Positions 19,919 to 33,833 of a DNA stretch of 64,000 nt are shown one piece after another. The position numbers and the translations under genes were made by a program. The notes under the pieces are model-generated. The model searched no databases. It saw nothing but the letters and a program-made list of their open reading frames with translations, and was not told the DNA's origin. Numbering within the stretch: the first letter of the stretch is position 1; every line of letters starts with the position of its first letter. Where the stretch lies: NCBI GenBank assembly GCA_963833925.1, contig CAWHZT010000017.1:285041-349040 (forward strand), written 5' to 3'. Origin of the DNA: an uncultured Actinomycetota bacterium (lineage in GTDB: Bacteria > Actinomycetota > Actinomycetes > Propionibacteriales > Propionibacteriaceae).

Positions 19919-21394
19919 TCAGGCCTGGGCGCCGGCGGCGCGTCGGGGCATGATCGCGACAGCGATGAGCATGAAAACGGCCACGGCGGCGGAGGCCACG
20001 AAGACCTGGTGCAGCGCGGGTTCGAGCACCTCAGCAGGTACGCCGTTGCCGGTCGAGCCGTGTCCGCCGACCTGGGCGCCGATCACTGCGTTCGCGATCG
20101 CCCCGAACACCGCGATGCCGACCGCGCTGCCCATCGACCGGGCGAACATGCTCGTCCCCGTGACCACACCCCTGTTCGACCAGTCGACCGAGGACTGGGC
20201 GGCGACCAGCGTCGGACTGGCCACCAGCCCCATGCCGAGTCCGATCACGAAGCAGGTCACCGCGACGTACCAGACGCTGCTGTCCGCGTTCAGCAGCACC
20301 ATCAGCACGCCGCCGAGACCGGCGATCGTGCTGCCGATCAACGACGTGTTACGGAATCCGATCCGCAGGTAGATGCGCCCGGAGACGGCGGCGGAGATCG
20401 GCCAGCCGACGGTCAGCGCGGCCAGCGCGAAGCCGGCGACCAGCGCGCTGGTGCCCAGCACGTCCTGGACGAACAGGGGCACGTACGAGGTGAGCCCGAT
20501 CAGCATCACGCCCACCGCGAGGTTGGTGAGATTCGCTCCCACCAGCAGTCGCCGCCGGAACACCCAGCCCGGCACGATCGGTTCCGCTGCCCTCCGCTCG
20601 ACACCGACGAATCCCGCCAGGAGCAGCACGCCGAGCCCGAGCACGCCGATGCTCCACGGCGACAACCACGACCACAGCACGCCGCCCTCGAGCAGTCCGA
20701 AGATCAGCATCGTGCCGGCCAGAGTCAGCAGAACCGCGCCCGCGACGTCGATCTTGTGGGGCGCGCGGGTGACGTCCTCGGTGAAGTGGCGCGCCAGCAT
20801 CCACGCGGCGAAGGCGCCCAGCGGAACGTTGACGAAGAAGATCCAGCGCCAGGTCAAGAAGTCGGAGAAGACCCCGCCGAGCGTCGGCCCGACCACCGCC
20901 GACATCGCCCATACGCTCGCGACGTAACCCTGCACCTTAGCCCGCTCGGCCAGGTTGTAGAGGTCGCCGATGATGGTCATGCTGGTCGGTTGGATCGCGC
21001 CCGCGCCGAGGCCCTGTAGCCCGCGGAAGACGATCAGCGCAGTCATGTTCCAAGCGAAACCGCAGAGGATCGAGCCGACGATGAACAAGGCGATGCCCAC
21101 CAGGATCACCGGCTTGCGGCCGTGGATGTCGGAGAACTTCGCGAACACCGGCGTGGAGACGGCGGCGGTCAGCAGGTAGATCGAGAACAGCCACGGGAAC
21201 TGCGCGAATCCCCCGAGGTCCCGGACGATGGACGGTACGGCCGTCGCCAAGATGGTGGAGTCGATGGCCACCAGGCCGACACTGAGCATGATGCTCAGCA
21301 GCACCGGCCCACGCTCCGACCGCAGACCGACGTCGGCCCGCCTTACCTCGGTCTGCGCCATGACAGCCGACAACTCCTTAGCCGCTCGATCCAT
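19919..21394 (-). CDS. MFS drug:H+ antiporter (DHA2, EmrB/QacA-like)
   Basis: AIDSTILATAVP, SDIHGRK, FRGLQGLGAG, WRWIFFVNVP; start 21394 or 21361. Confidence 0.9.
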   Translation of the reverse strand: MDRAAKELSAVMAQTEVRRADVGLRSERGPVLLSIMLSVGLVAIDSTILATAVPSIVRDLGGFAQFPWLFSIYLLTAAVSTPVFAKFSDIHGRKPVILVGIALFIVGSILCGFAWNMTALIVFRGLQGLGAGAIQPTSMTIIGDLYNLAERAKVQGYVASVWAMSAVVGPTLGGVFSDFLTWRWIFFVNVPLGAFAAWMLARHFTEDVTRAPHKIDVAGAVLLTLAGTMLIFGLLEGGVLWSWLSPWSIGVLGLGVLLLAGFVGVERRAAEPIVPGWVFRRRLLVGANLTNLAVGVMLIGLTSYVPLFVQDVLGTSALVAGFALAALTVGWPISAAVSGRIYLRIGFRNTSLIGSTIAGLGGVLMVLLNADSSVWYVAVTCFVIGLGMGLVASPTLVAAQSSVDWSNRGVVTGTSMFARSMGSAVGIAVFGAIANAVIGAQVGGHGSTGNGVPAEVLEPALHQVFVASAAVAVFMLIAVAIMPRRAAGAQA

Positions 21395-21529
21395 TCCCCG
21401 GATTTTGCAAACTCGGGGTAACGGGGGGAGAGCCGGCGGCACCCTGGACCGCACACCGCGCTGAGTGTCCGGTTCCTCGCCTATCCACCTGCACCGACGC
21501 TGCGCGGCCGCGAGTGCAGGAGGTTCTCG

Positions 21530-21724
21530 GTGAAACACGTCTTTCCGTTTCACCAAGAACCGACGAACGAGTGGGCCTGAAGCGCAGCGGAGCGCGGAGC
21601 GAGGGCTTGCCCGAGCGAAGCAAGCTAAGCGTGAAACACGTCTTTCCGTTTCACCAAGAACCGACGAACGAGTGGGCCTTAAGCGCAGCGGAGCGCGGAG
21701 CGAGGGCTTGCCCGAGCGAAGCAG
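21530..21724. repeat. Two tandem 101-bp units, each with a GTGAAAC-N10-GTTTCAC hairpin
   Basis: Units start at 21530 and 21631 and are nearly identical; located directly after the glgP stop. Confidence 0.9.
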
Positions 21725-21725
21725 T

Positions 21726-24278
<2,553 letters not shown>

Positions 24279-24451
24279 ACCGTATAGGCGTCACGTAACC
24301 GTCGTGTGAGCGCGCTACTCGTAAAGATCACGGATTGGTCTCATTCGACAGCGACAAGACGCCGCGGCATTCGCACGGCATTCGTACGACTATTCGCACG
24401 GGATCCGGACGACGTTCGCAAAGGCGAATCCGTACGACCCCGGCCGGGAGC

Positions 24452-24512
24452 TTTGCACTCGCCCGGGTAGAGTGCTAAAACAGGATTAGCACTCTCGGTG
24501 TGAGAGTGCCAC
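24452..24512 (+). promoter_or_regulatory. Two tandem CIRCE (HrcA) operators
   Basis: TTTGCACTC-N9-GAGTGCTAA (24452-24478) and TTAGCACTC-N9-GAGTGCCAC (24486-24512). Confidence 0.93.
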
Positions 24513-24614
24513 CTCACCGGTGGTGAGTCCCAGCAGGGGCGACCGTCGCGGGCATCGCTGGTGAGGAGTCCGAAGACCATCATGTCAACCAGATGGCGGC
24601 TGTGAGCCGCCTGA

Positions 24615-26267
<1,653 letters not shown>

Positions 26268-26301
26268 GTCCGGCCGGCTCTGCCGGAACCGAAAGCCCTT
26301 G

Positions 26302-26337
26302 GAACAGGGGGCGGCCCTTCGGGGTCGCCCCCTGTTC
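26302..26337 (+). terminator. Intrinsic terminator hairpin after groEL
   Basis: GAACAGGGGGCGGCCC-TTCG-GGGTCGCCCCCTGTTC. Confidence 0.8.
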
Positions 26338-26369
26338 TGCGTTTGGGGCCTGAGTCTCCCATCGAGAAT

Positions 26370-26431
26370 CTGCACACGCTGTTCGAGTCTGCGCACTCGA
26401 GAAAGTGCGCAAACTCGTACACCCTATGCAG
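26370..26431. repeat. 62-bp imperfect palindrome, family B copy 1
   Basis: CTGCACACGCTGTTCGAGTCTGCGCACT-CGAGAA-AGTGCGCAAACTCGTACACCCTATGCAG. Confidence 0.8.
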
Positions 26432-26482
26432 ATTGGTTCGGGGTGGGCAGGCGACTTGTCGGGGTGGTGGGCAGGCGACTCG

Positions 26483-27844
26483 TCAGGGTGTGGGCAGGTC
26501 GACGATCCGGTCGACCCGGCTTCGGTAGTCCTTCAGCTGGGTCGGAGCCGGCAGCGGGGTGGGCCAGTCGCTGGTCGGCCAGCCCGCCGGCGGGTTCGCG
26601 GTGTCGTACGTCCACGTCGACCCGATCACCCGGCCGATGCCGAGCACGGCCCGATCTGCGTCCATCGCGGGAATCGAGACCGGCACGTCGCGCACGGTCG
26701 CCAGCCCGGGCAGAACGACGTCGACGCTTCGGGTACCGGGCGGCAGCGGTGCGTAGGTGGTCGCAATCGCCGCCGCTCCGCCGGAGGTTCGCAATGCCTT
26801 TGCCCACAGGCCGAAATCGCTGCACAGACACTCGAGGTAGCCGGGCGTCGGCTCCGCGCTGGTCAGCCACCGGGCGCGCAGCGACAGTGGGGTAGCGGCC
26901 GCCCGGGCGACCCGCAACACGGGTCCGCTGGCGACGTCGGTCGTTCGTAGCCCGGCCATTGCGCCGAACGAAGTGGACACCGGCGGGGACCCGAACGAGT
27001 ACGCCGGGAAGGGCTGGTCCTCGCGCGACGCCACCCGCCAGGTGAGCACGGTCCCACTGCGCCCCGACTGCAGATCCAGCAGTTGGATCGAGCGGCGACG
27101 GCCGAGCGGCTCGTCGGACTCGGTGAACGGCAGTACGCCCGACGCGACCGGCTGTGTGTCGACGGGCCGGGCCAGGTCGACCGATTGCATGGCGAGCGGG
27201 ATCGTGCCTTGGGCCATCACCGGGATGTGCCAGAACGGCATCGTGTTCGGCAACGAGACGTCGACATGGCCGACCCCGTCCGGGAGTGGCGCGAACGCCA
27301 GCTGGAGCATCCGGGTTTCGCCGACCCGGAGATGGAGCTGGGCCAACCAGAGTGGCGTACAGAGGCAGTGGTGGAACACGTCCGGGCTCTTGTGCGCCAG
27401 CGGTCGATACACGCGCCCGCTGTCGTCGACGAGATAGATCCGCTGGTCGCCGTCGTCGTCGCGACCCAGCCCGAGGTCGACCGTGGAAGGGATCGATGCG
27501 CCCACCGCCCATCGAGCCGACGGAAGGGGTGTCACCGACCAGTCGAGGATCGTCGCTGCGCTCATTCGACGGATCGCGTGCACCGCGAACCTGACTGTGA
27601 TCCCGAGGCCGTCACCCGTGGTCCAGACCTGCTCGCCGAGAACCGGCAGCTGACGGTTGGTGGGCTCGGGCAGCTGGTCGCGCGGCGGTCTCGTCTGGGT
27701 GGCTGAGGGCGCGGCGGACGGGGGACGGAACAGCCCGGGTTCCTCACGCGAGTAGCTGCAGCCGGCGAGCAGAACCACAACGGCCATCGACGCGATCCAG
27801 CCGCGCCGCCCCTTGCGCGCCGATCGGGCGCGCCCACTTGCCAC
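26483..27844 (-). CDS. Putative lipoprotein with two duplicated CLC-containing beta domains
   Basis: Lipobox LAGC; HHCLCT..APLPDGVGHVDV and ECLCS..APLPPGTRSVDV. Confidence 0.7.
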   Translation of the reverse strand: MASGRARSARKGRRGWIASMAVVVLLAGCSYSREEPGLFRPPSAAPSATQTRPPRDQLPEPTNRQLPVLGEQVWTTGDGLGITVRFAVHAIRRMSAATILDWSVTPLPSARWAVGASIPSTVDLGLGRDDDGDQRIYLVDDSGRVYRPLAHKSPDVFHHCLCTPLWLAQLHLRVGETRMLQLAFAPLPDGVGHVDVSLPNTMPFWHIPVMAQGTIPLAMQSVDLARPVDTQPVASGVLPFTESDEPLGRRRSIQLLDLQSGRSGTVLTWRVASREDQPFPAYSFGSPPVSTSFGAMAGLRTTDVASGPVLRVARAAATPLSLRARWLTSAEPTPGYLECLCSDFGLWAKALRTSGGAAAIATTYAPLPPGTRSVDVVLPGLATVRDVPVSIPAMDADRAVLGIGRVIGSTWTYDTANPPAGWPTSDWPTPLPAPTQLKDYRSRVDRIVDLPTP

Positions 27845-27966
27845 GACTTCACACTAACCGCCGCCCTCGGGCCAAGGGGTGCCCAAGATCCGGTTGACTC
27901 GCCCCATCCGGGTCCGGAATTGGTGCAGGTCCGGTTCAGCGCCGGTCGGTCCCGCCGGGCATCGCG

Positions 27967-28743
27967 CTATCGGGCGCCCGGACGGTGCTCGCGCCGCTTG
28001 AAGACAGAGTCCGCCCGATCCAGCCGGACGCCGTCGACGGTCAGATCAACCAGCTCGTTGTAGAAGGCGATCCGGCCCGCGATCTTCCCGACCGCGGGCT
28101 GAGGGCGGTCGTAGCACCAGGCGATGTCGGCAGCGCCCGGCCGATCCCGCACGCTCCAGTAGCGCTCGGCTTCTCCCTTGTAGGGGCAGAAGCTGCGGGC
28201 ACTGCCGGGCTCCAGTGCGTCGTTGTTGACGTCCTCCTCGGGGAGGTAGTACCGGGTCGGCAGGCTCGTCTCGAACAGCAGCACCGGACGACGGGACTCC
28301 GCCAGGGTGACGCCGTCAAGGCTCACCACCACGTGCCGACTGCTGTTCAGCACCTCCACCCGATGGTACGGATCGCGCGGGTGGCCGCCGACCGCTTCGT
28401 CCTCCTCCAGCCAGCTGTCGAGCAGCCCGGGCTGCCAGGAGAGCACGATCCGGTCGGCGAGTGCGGGGTCGTCGCGACGCCAAGCCGCTCCCGAGAGCGT
28501 ACGACCGTCGAGAACGAGGTCGAACGTCTCTGCGACGGGTCCGTGCGGGCCGAAGAAGTCGAAACGCTTCGGCGGCTCGGATGCGCTCGGCACCAGCAGG
28601 TCCGTGCGGACGTCGGCGGGATCGTATGCGTAGTTCGGCACCGGGAAGCCGTCCTCCCAGAACAGCAGCGGCTGCCGGGAATCGACGACGACGGTGCCGT
28701 TGACGATGCCTCGGACTCGCTTGTCGATCGGTTCGGTTCGCAT
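27967..28743 (-). CDS. DUF427 (tandem) domain protein
   Basis: HPRDPYHRV, LFETSLPTRYYLP, SFCPYKG. Confidence 0.9.
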   Translation of the reverse strand: MRTEPIDKRVRGIVNGTVVVDSRQPLLFWEDGFPVPNYAYDPADVRTDLLVPSASEPPKRFDFFGPHGPVAETFDLVLDGRTLSGAAWRRDDPALADRIVLSWQPGLLDSWLEEDEAVGGHPRDPYHRVEVLNSSRHVVVSLDGVTLAESRRPVLLFETSLPTRYYLPEEDVNNDALEPGSARSFCPYKGEAERYWSVRDRPGAADIAWCYDRPQPAVGKIAGRIAFYNELVDLTVDGVRLDRADSVFKRREHRPGAR

Positions 28744-28877
28744 GTCGCGAGCCTGCCACCAAATGCGCGCGTCCCACGAGCGAATTGGGACATTCTCTGG
28801 TGCCGCACTCAGTGCCGCACGCGCCTGACCGGGCGGGCGAGTGCGGCCGGCGGCTTATCGCTCCGGTGCCCGCTCGG

Positions 28878-29342
28878 TCAGACCAGGGCCGCGCCCGGTC
28901 CGCGAGCCATCTCGACCTCGGCGAGCGGCACCTCGATGCCCTCGGGGTCGAGGTAGCCGAGACGGAGCGGGCGTCCGGTGGCCGCCTCGACCGGTAGCGC
29001 GGCCGGTCCATAGCCGGTCGGTCGATGTACGTCGCCCCACGTCGAGAATGCGGTCAGGACCGGGAGGAGATCTCGGCCGGCCGGAGTGAGGACGTACTCC
29101 TCCCGTTCGCGCTCCCCTTCCGCGCGGTATGCGCGACGCTCGAAGATCCCGTGCTCCACCAAGGTGGCGAGCCGATCGGACAAGACGTCCGGCGCGATGC
29201 CGAGCCGGCTGCGGAACTCGGCGTAGCGCGTACGGCCCCACATCGCCTCGCGCACGATCAACAGCGTCCACTTCTGGCCGAGGATCTCCAGGCTGCGCGC
29301 AATGGAGCACCGAGTCTCCGGCTGTGTCGAAACGCTGACCAT
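28878..29342 (-). CDS. HxlR-family winged-helix regulator
   Basis: CSIARSLEILGQKWTLLIVRE, EYVLTPAGRDL; TAGAAT -10 directly before ATG 29342. Confidence 0.92.
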   Translation of the reverse strand: MVSVSTQPETRCSIARSLEILGQKWTLLIVREAMWGRTRYAEFRSRLGIAPDVLSDRLATLVEHGIFERRAYRAEGEREREEYVLTPAGRDLLPVLTAFSTWGDVHRPTGYGPAALPVEAATGRPLRLGYLDPEGIEVPLAEVEMARGPGAALV

Positions 29343-29423
29343 GACAATCATTCTAGCCCCTGAATTGGGAATACCTATCCAGCATGCTAGGTTGGCATTT
29401 CCAAGTCAGCCTGAGGAGTCATC

Positions 29424-30620
29424 GTGACGAAGCTCGGAATGCGGACCAGCTTCTGGACGGCGGCGTTCGTCGCCGGTCTGGCGCTGTGGGCCAGCGGTGC
29501 GCCCACCGTTGTCTATCCGCTCTACGCCCAGGCGTGGGATCTCACGCCGAGCGTGACGACGGCGATCTTCGCCGTCTACCCGCTCACCCTCATCCCGGTT
29601 CTGGCCGTGTTCGGCAACGTGTCCGACTACGTCGGACGCCGGGCCGCGATGCTGGCGGGACTCGCGGCACTGGCAGCCGGTTGCCTCGCGTTCGGCCTGG
29701 CGCCAGACCTCGGCTGGGTGTTCGTCGGGCGCGCGCTGATGGGGGTCGGCGTCGGGCTGTCGCTCGGACCGGCCAGCGCCGCGCTCGTCGATTTCAGCGC
29801 GCCCGGCCGAACCGGACGCGCCAGCTCGGTGATGACGGCGGCGACGGCCACGGGCCTCGCGCTGGCGACGCTCGTTGGTGGCGCTCTCGTGCAGTACGCT
29901 CCCGCGCCGATTCACCTGACGTTCTGGGTGTTGTTCGCGGTCACGGCGGTGTGCTTCGGGCTGGTCTGGTTCCTGCCGAAGGGTGGTGCGGCGGTCGTGA
30001 CGGGCGAACGGTGGCGGCCTCGCCGACCGACCGTGCCTGCTGGGTCGGGGTCGATCTTCTGGTCCGGCGCGCTGGCCATCGCGGGCGCCTACTCGATGGG
30101 GGCGATCTATCTCGCGCTCGGCGCCCAGGTGGCCCGGGACCTCGTCGGTTCGAGTGATGCTCTGGTCGGGGGTGCGATCATCTCGTTGTCCGCCGTGTCG
30201 ATCGGGGTCGTCGCGGTGCTGGCTCGCGGACTCAGTCCGAAGGTTGCGGTCACGGTCGGCCCGGTCGCGGCGACGGCGGGACTCGGGCTCCTCGTGCTCG
30301 CCGGGGCATCGCACTCGCTCCTCTCGTTTGTCGCCTCGTCGCTGGTCGGCGGAGCGGGGTACAGCCTGCTGTTCGCCGGAGGGCTGGGCCTGGTGACGAG
30401 GAGTGCGCCGGCGCACCATCGCGCCGCGGTGATGTCCGCTGCGTACGTCGTCGGCTATCTGCTCCAGGCGGTCGCTGCGCTCGGGATCGGCGCATTGGCG
30501 ACGGGAGCGGGCCTGCTCGAGGCACTCGAGATCGGCTCGCCGGTCGTGCTCGCCATCGGGCTGGCCGCCCTCGTGCTGGCCAATGCTCGCGGACGGGCGG
30601 TGGTGCTTCGGGAGATCTAG
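29424..30620 (+). CDS. MFS transporter
   Basis: About 12 hydrophobic segments, GNVSDYVGRR; divergent from the HxlR gene. Confidence 0.9.
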   Translation: MTKLGMRTSFWTAAFVAGLALWASGAPTVVYPLYAQAWDLTPSVTTAIFAVYPLTLIPVLAVFGNVSDYVGRRAAMLAGLAALAAGCLAFGLAPDLGWVFVGRALMGVGVGLSLGPASAALVDFSAPGRTGRASSVMTAATATGLALATLVGGALVQYAPAPIHLTFWVLFAVTAVCFGLVWFLPKGGAAVVTGERWRPRRPTVPAGSGSIFWSGALAIAGAYSMGAIYLALGAQVARDLVGSSDALVGGAIISLSAVSIGVVAVLARGLSPKVAVTVGPVAATAGLGLLVLAGASHSLLSFVASSLVGGAGYSLLFAGGLGLVTRSAPAHHRAAVMSAAYVVGYLLQAVAALGIGALATGAGLLEALEIGSPVVLAIGLAALVLANARGRAVVLREI

Positions 30621-30748
30621 AAGGCTGGAGCGAACTCGATGCGACTGAGTCTTCTCGATTCTTCCGCGACTCTCCTGCGGTTCGCGTGGCGGCTGATCTC
30701 GTACGCTGGGGCAAGCCTCCTCCTCAGCCGGGGCGGTCGACGAGGAGG

Positions 30749-31486
30749 ATGTCCGTGGGCAGCCAGCAGCCCGGTCTGCTCGAGGTCATCGCCCTGCATG
30801 CGGCCGATGCCGAGCGGGCGGAAGCGGGTGGCGCCGATCGGATCGAGCTCGTCGGCAGCATGGACCACGACGGGCTGTCGCCCGAACCCGCCCTCGTTGG
30901 TGAGGTACGACGGGCTACGTCGTTGCCGATCCGAGTGATGCTGCGACTGCGTGCCGGATTCGGCACCGACGGCGGCGAGGCCGCGCGGCTCCGCGGGCTG
31001 CTGGCCGACTATCGCGCGACCGGTGCGGACGGCGTGGTGCTGGGATTCCTCAACGGCCATACCGACATCGATGTCGGCGTGATCACGGAGCTGATCGGCG
31101 ACTCGCCGGACTTCGGCTGGACCTTCCACCGGGCCATCGACTCCTGCCTGGAGGCCGACCGTAACTGGCGCACGCTGCGGACCCTGCCGGGTCTGGATCA
31201 GGTGCTCACCGCTGGCGGAGCTCGCGGGGTGTCCGACGGCCTCGACGATCTGGTGGCACGGGCGCGGGCGGACTCCTTCGCTCGGGCGACGATCATGGCC
31301 GGCGGCGGCCTGCTGCCCGAGCACGTGCCCTGGCTGGTGCGGGCCGGAATCCGCGCCTTCCACATCGGGTCCGCCGCGCGGCCGCTCGGTTCATGGAAGG
31401 CGTACATCGACTCCGAGCTGGTCGGAAGCTGGCGGAGCCTCGTCGACGATGCCGTCAGCCGGGCGGTCCAGGCGGAGCGGGACTGA
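30749..31486 (+). CDS. cutC: CutC-family protein
   Basis: LLEVIAL..GGADRIEL..GLSP, WTFHRAID, VLTAGG; RBS GGAGG. Confidence 0.88.
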   Translation: MSVGSQQPGLLEVIALHAADAERAEAGGADRIELVGSMDHDGLSPEPALVGEVRRATSLPIRVMLRLRAGFGTDGGEAARLRGLLADYRATGADGVVLGFLNGHTDIDVGVITELIGDSPDFGWTFHRAIDSCLEADRNWRTLRTLPGLDQVLTAGGARGVSDGLDDLVARARADSFARATIMAGGGLLPEHVPWLVRAGIRAFHIGSAARPLGSWKAYIDSELVGSWRSLVDDAVSRAVQAERD

Positions 31487-31489
31487 CCC

Positions 31490-31771
31490 GTGGCGATCTA
31501 CATCGACTCGCCGACCTGGCCCGGCCATGGCCGGCTCTGGTCGCACCTGATCAGCGACGCGTCGTACGAAGAGCTGCACGTCTTCGCGGCCGAACTGGGC
31601 ATCCCGGAGCGTGCCTTCGAACGGGACCACTACGACGTGATCGCGGAGCGGTACGAGGCCGCGCTACTGGCCGGCGCGCTGCCGGTGACGTCGCGCGAGA
31701 TCGTTGCGCGACTGCACGCCGCCGGGCTGCGTCGCCGCAAGATCTCTCGGCTCAGTCCCGACGCGCCCTGA
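31490..31771 (+). CDS. DUF4031 protein
   Basis: IYIDSP.WP.HGRLWSHL.SD....ELH.FA, DHYDV. Confidence 0.88.
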   Translation: MAIYIDSPTWPGHGRLWSHLISDASYEELHVFAAELGIPERAFERDHYDVIAERYEAALLAGALPVTSREIVARLHAAGLRRRKISRLSPDAP

Positions 31772-31869
31772 GCCAGCCGTGCGCCCTGAGCCACATCATG
31801 CGGACGCGGGCGTCGTGATCCTTGTGTGGCGGAGCAAGATAGGCCCTGCCTGTGAAAGGAGGCCCTTCC

Positions 31870-32133
31870 GTGGCTACCTGTGAGCATCTCGACGCGTCGC
31901 CGCTGACGCCGGTGCCGTCGGACTTCGAGCCGATCTGCATCGATTGTGCCGTCGACGGCGGTCAGTGGGTGCACCTGCGCCGCTGCCTGACCTGCGACCA
32001 CGTCGCGTGCTGCGACTCCTCCCCCGCCAAGCACGCTACCGCCCACTTCCACGCCACCGACCACCCGGTGATCACCTCGGCCGAGCCGGGGGAGCGCTGG
32101 CGATGGTGCTATGCCGACGAGGTCGGTGCGTGA
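31870..32133 (+). CDS. UBP-type zinc finger protein
   Basis: CEHL..CIDC..WVHLRRCLTCDHVACCDSSPAKHATAHF..HP..WRWCY; RBS AAGGAGG. Confidence 0.93.
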   Translation: MATCEHLDASPLTPVPSDFEPICIDCAVDGGQWVHLRRCLTCDHVACCDSSPAKHATAHFHATDHPVITSAEPGERWRWCYADEVGA

Positions 32134-33833
32134 CAGCCGAAGCTCAACCTGACCGCGCTCGAGGCACCGAGTCGCGCGCGTCGCGGCCCGTTCTGCTCAC
32201 GGTGGACGACGACCCGTCGGTATCGCGTGCGGTGGCCCGCGACCTGCGCCGACGCTACGGCAACGAGTACCGGATCCTTCGGGCCGACTCCGGTGAGGAC
32301 GCACTGGAGGCGATCCGCGAGGTCGTACTCCGCGGGGAGCATGTTGCCGCGATCCTGGCGGATTATCGGATGCCGCGGATGAACGGCATCGACTTCCTCG
32401 AGCAGGCCATGGACCTGGTGCCGCACGCCCGCCGGGCACTGCTCACGGCGTACGCGGACACAAGTGCCGCCATCGCCGCGATCAATGTCGTCGATGTCGA
32501 CCACTATCTGCTCAAGCCGTGGGAGCCGCCGGAGGAGAAGCTGTATCCGGTGGTCGACGACCTGTTGGCCGCCTGGCAGCGAGAGGGTCGGGAGCCGGAG
32601 CACAAGATCAAGATCCTGGGGCACCCGTGGTCGGTGGCCTCCTACGAGGTCCGCGACTTCCTGGCCCGCAACATGGTTCCCTACCGCTGGTACAACGTGG
32701 AGGAGCCCGACGGGCAGCGTCTGCTCGCGGCGGCCGGAGTGCGCGCCGACCAGATCCCGGTGGTGATCACCAGCGACGGCGATCCGCTCGTCCAGCCGAG
32801 GCTGTCCGAGGTCGCCGACGCCGTCGGGCTGACCACGGCGCCGGCGGAGGACTTCTACGATCTCGTGATCGTCGGCGGCGGGCCGGCCGGGCTGGGGGCC
32901 GCCGTCTACGGCGCCTCCGAGGGCTTGAAGACGGTGATCATCGAGCGGGCCGCCGCGGGTGGACAGGCCGGGCAGAGCTCGCGGATCGAGAACTACCTCG
33001 GCTTCCCCGACGGGGTCTCCGGTGGCCAGCTCACCGATCGGGCCCGACGACAGGCGGTCCGGTTCGGCGCAGAACTGATCACCGCTCGATCCGCGGTCGG
33101 CCTGGAGGTGAAGGGTCCCGCACGGCGGGTGATCTTCGACGACGGCTCCAGCGTGTTGAGCCATGCGGTCGTGCTGGCCACCGGCGTCAGCTATCGACAG
33201 CTGCCTGCGGCCGGTGCCGACGACCTCGTCGGCCGCGGCGTGTACTACGGATCGGCCTCGACCCAGGCGGCGTCGTGTGCCGGGGACCACGTGATCATCG
33301 TCGGCGGCGCCAACTCGGCCGGCCAGGCAGCGGTGTTCTTCTCCGCGCACGCGGCGAAGGTGACCATGGCCGTTCGTGGCGATTCGCTGACCCGGTCCAT
33401 GTCGACGTACCTGATCGAGCAGATCGAAGGGATCGACAACATCGAGGTTCGCACTCATACTCGCGTGGAGAAGTGCGAGGGGCTTGATCATCTGCAGTGC
33501 GTGACCCTGATCGACGTCCGCGACGACTCGGTCGAGGTCGTCGATGCCGGGCATCTGTTCGTGTTCATCGGGGCCGCTCCCCTCACCGACTGGCTACCGG
33601 ACGACCTGCTCCGGGATCGGGCGGGGTTCGTGCGGACCGGGTCGGAGCTGACCAGTGGTGGAGAACGTCCGCCGGGTTGGGATCTGGACCGCGACCCGTA
33701 TCTGCTCGAGGCGAGTATTCCCGGGGTTTTCGTGGCCGGTGATGTCCGTGCGCAGTCGGTCAAGCGGGTGGCGTCGGCAGTCGGAGAAGGAGCGCTGGCC
33801 GTGACGTTGGTCCACCGCTACCTCGCGGAGTGA
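32130..33833 (+). CDS. Response-regulator receiver + glutaredoxin-like + thioredoxin-reductase-like FAD oxidoreductase
   Basis: REC residues (VDDD, ADYRMP, LLT, KPW); GGGPAGL, ENYLGFP, VGGANSAG, FVAGDV; GTGA overlap with zf-UBP gene. Confidence 0.92.
   Translation: MTAEAQPDRARGTESRASRPVLLTVDDDPSVSRAVARDLRRRYGNEYRILRADSGEDALEAIREVVLRGEHVAAILADYRMPRMNGIDFLEQAMDLVPHARRALLTAYADTSAAIAAINVVDVDHYLLKPWEPPEEKLYPVVDDLLAAWQREGREPEHKIKILGHPWSVASYEVRDFLARNMVPYRWYNVEEPDGQRLLAAAGVRADQIPVVITSDGDPLVQPRLSEVADAVGLTTAPAEDFYDLVIVGGGPAGLGAAVYGASEGLKTVIIERAAAGGQAGQSSRIENYLGFPDGVSGGQLTDRARRQAVRFGAELITARSAVGLEVKGPARRVIFDDGSSVLSHAVVLATGVSYRQLPAAGADDLVGRGVYYGSASTQAASCAGDHVIIVGGANSAGQAAVFFSAHAAKVTMAVRGDSLTRSMSTYLIEQIEGIDNIEVRTHTRVEKCEGLDHLQCVTLIDVRDDSVEVVDAGHLFVFIGAAPLTDWLPDDLLRDRAGFVRTGSELTSGGERPPGWDLDRDPYLLEASIPGVFVAGDVRAQSVKRVASAVGEGALAVTLVHRYLAE

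Noticed and set aside
21530-21660. parS site
   Set aside because: Half-sites are in reverse order and 10 bp apart; parS needs contiguous GTTTCACGTGAAAC
26440-26505. GGTGGGCAGGCGAC short triplication at the lipoprotein stop as a functional element
   Set aside because: Appears to be a local slippage duplication of the gene's 3' end; no other copies seen
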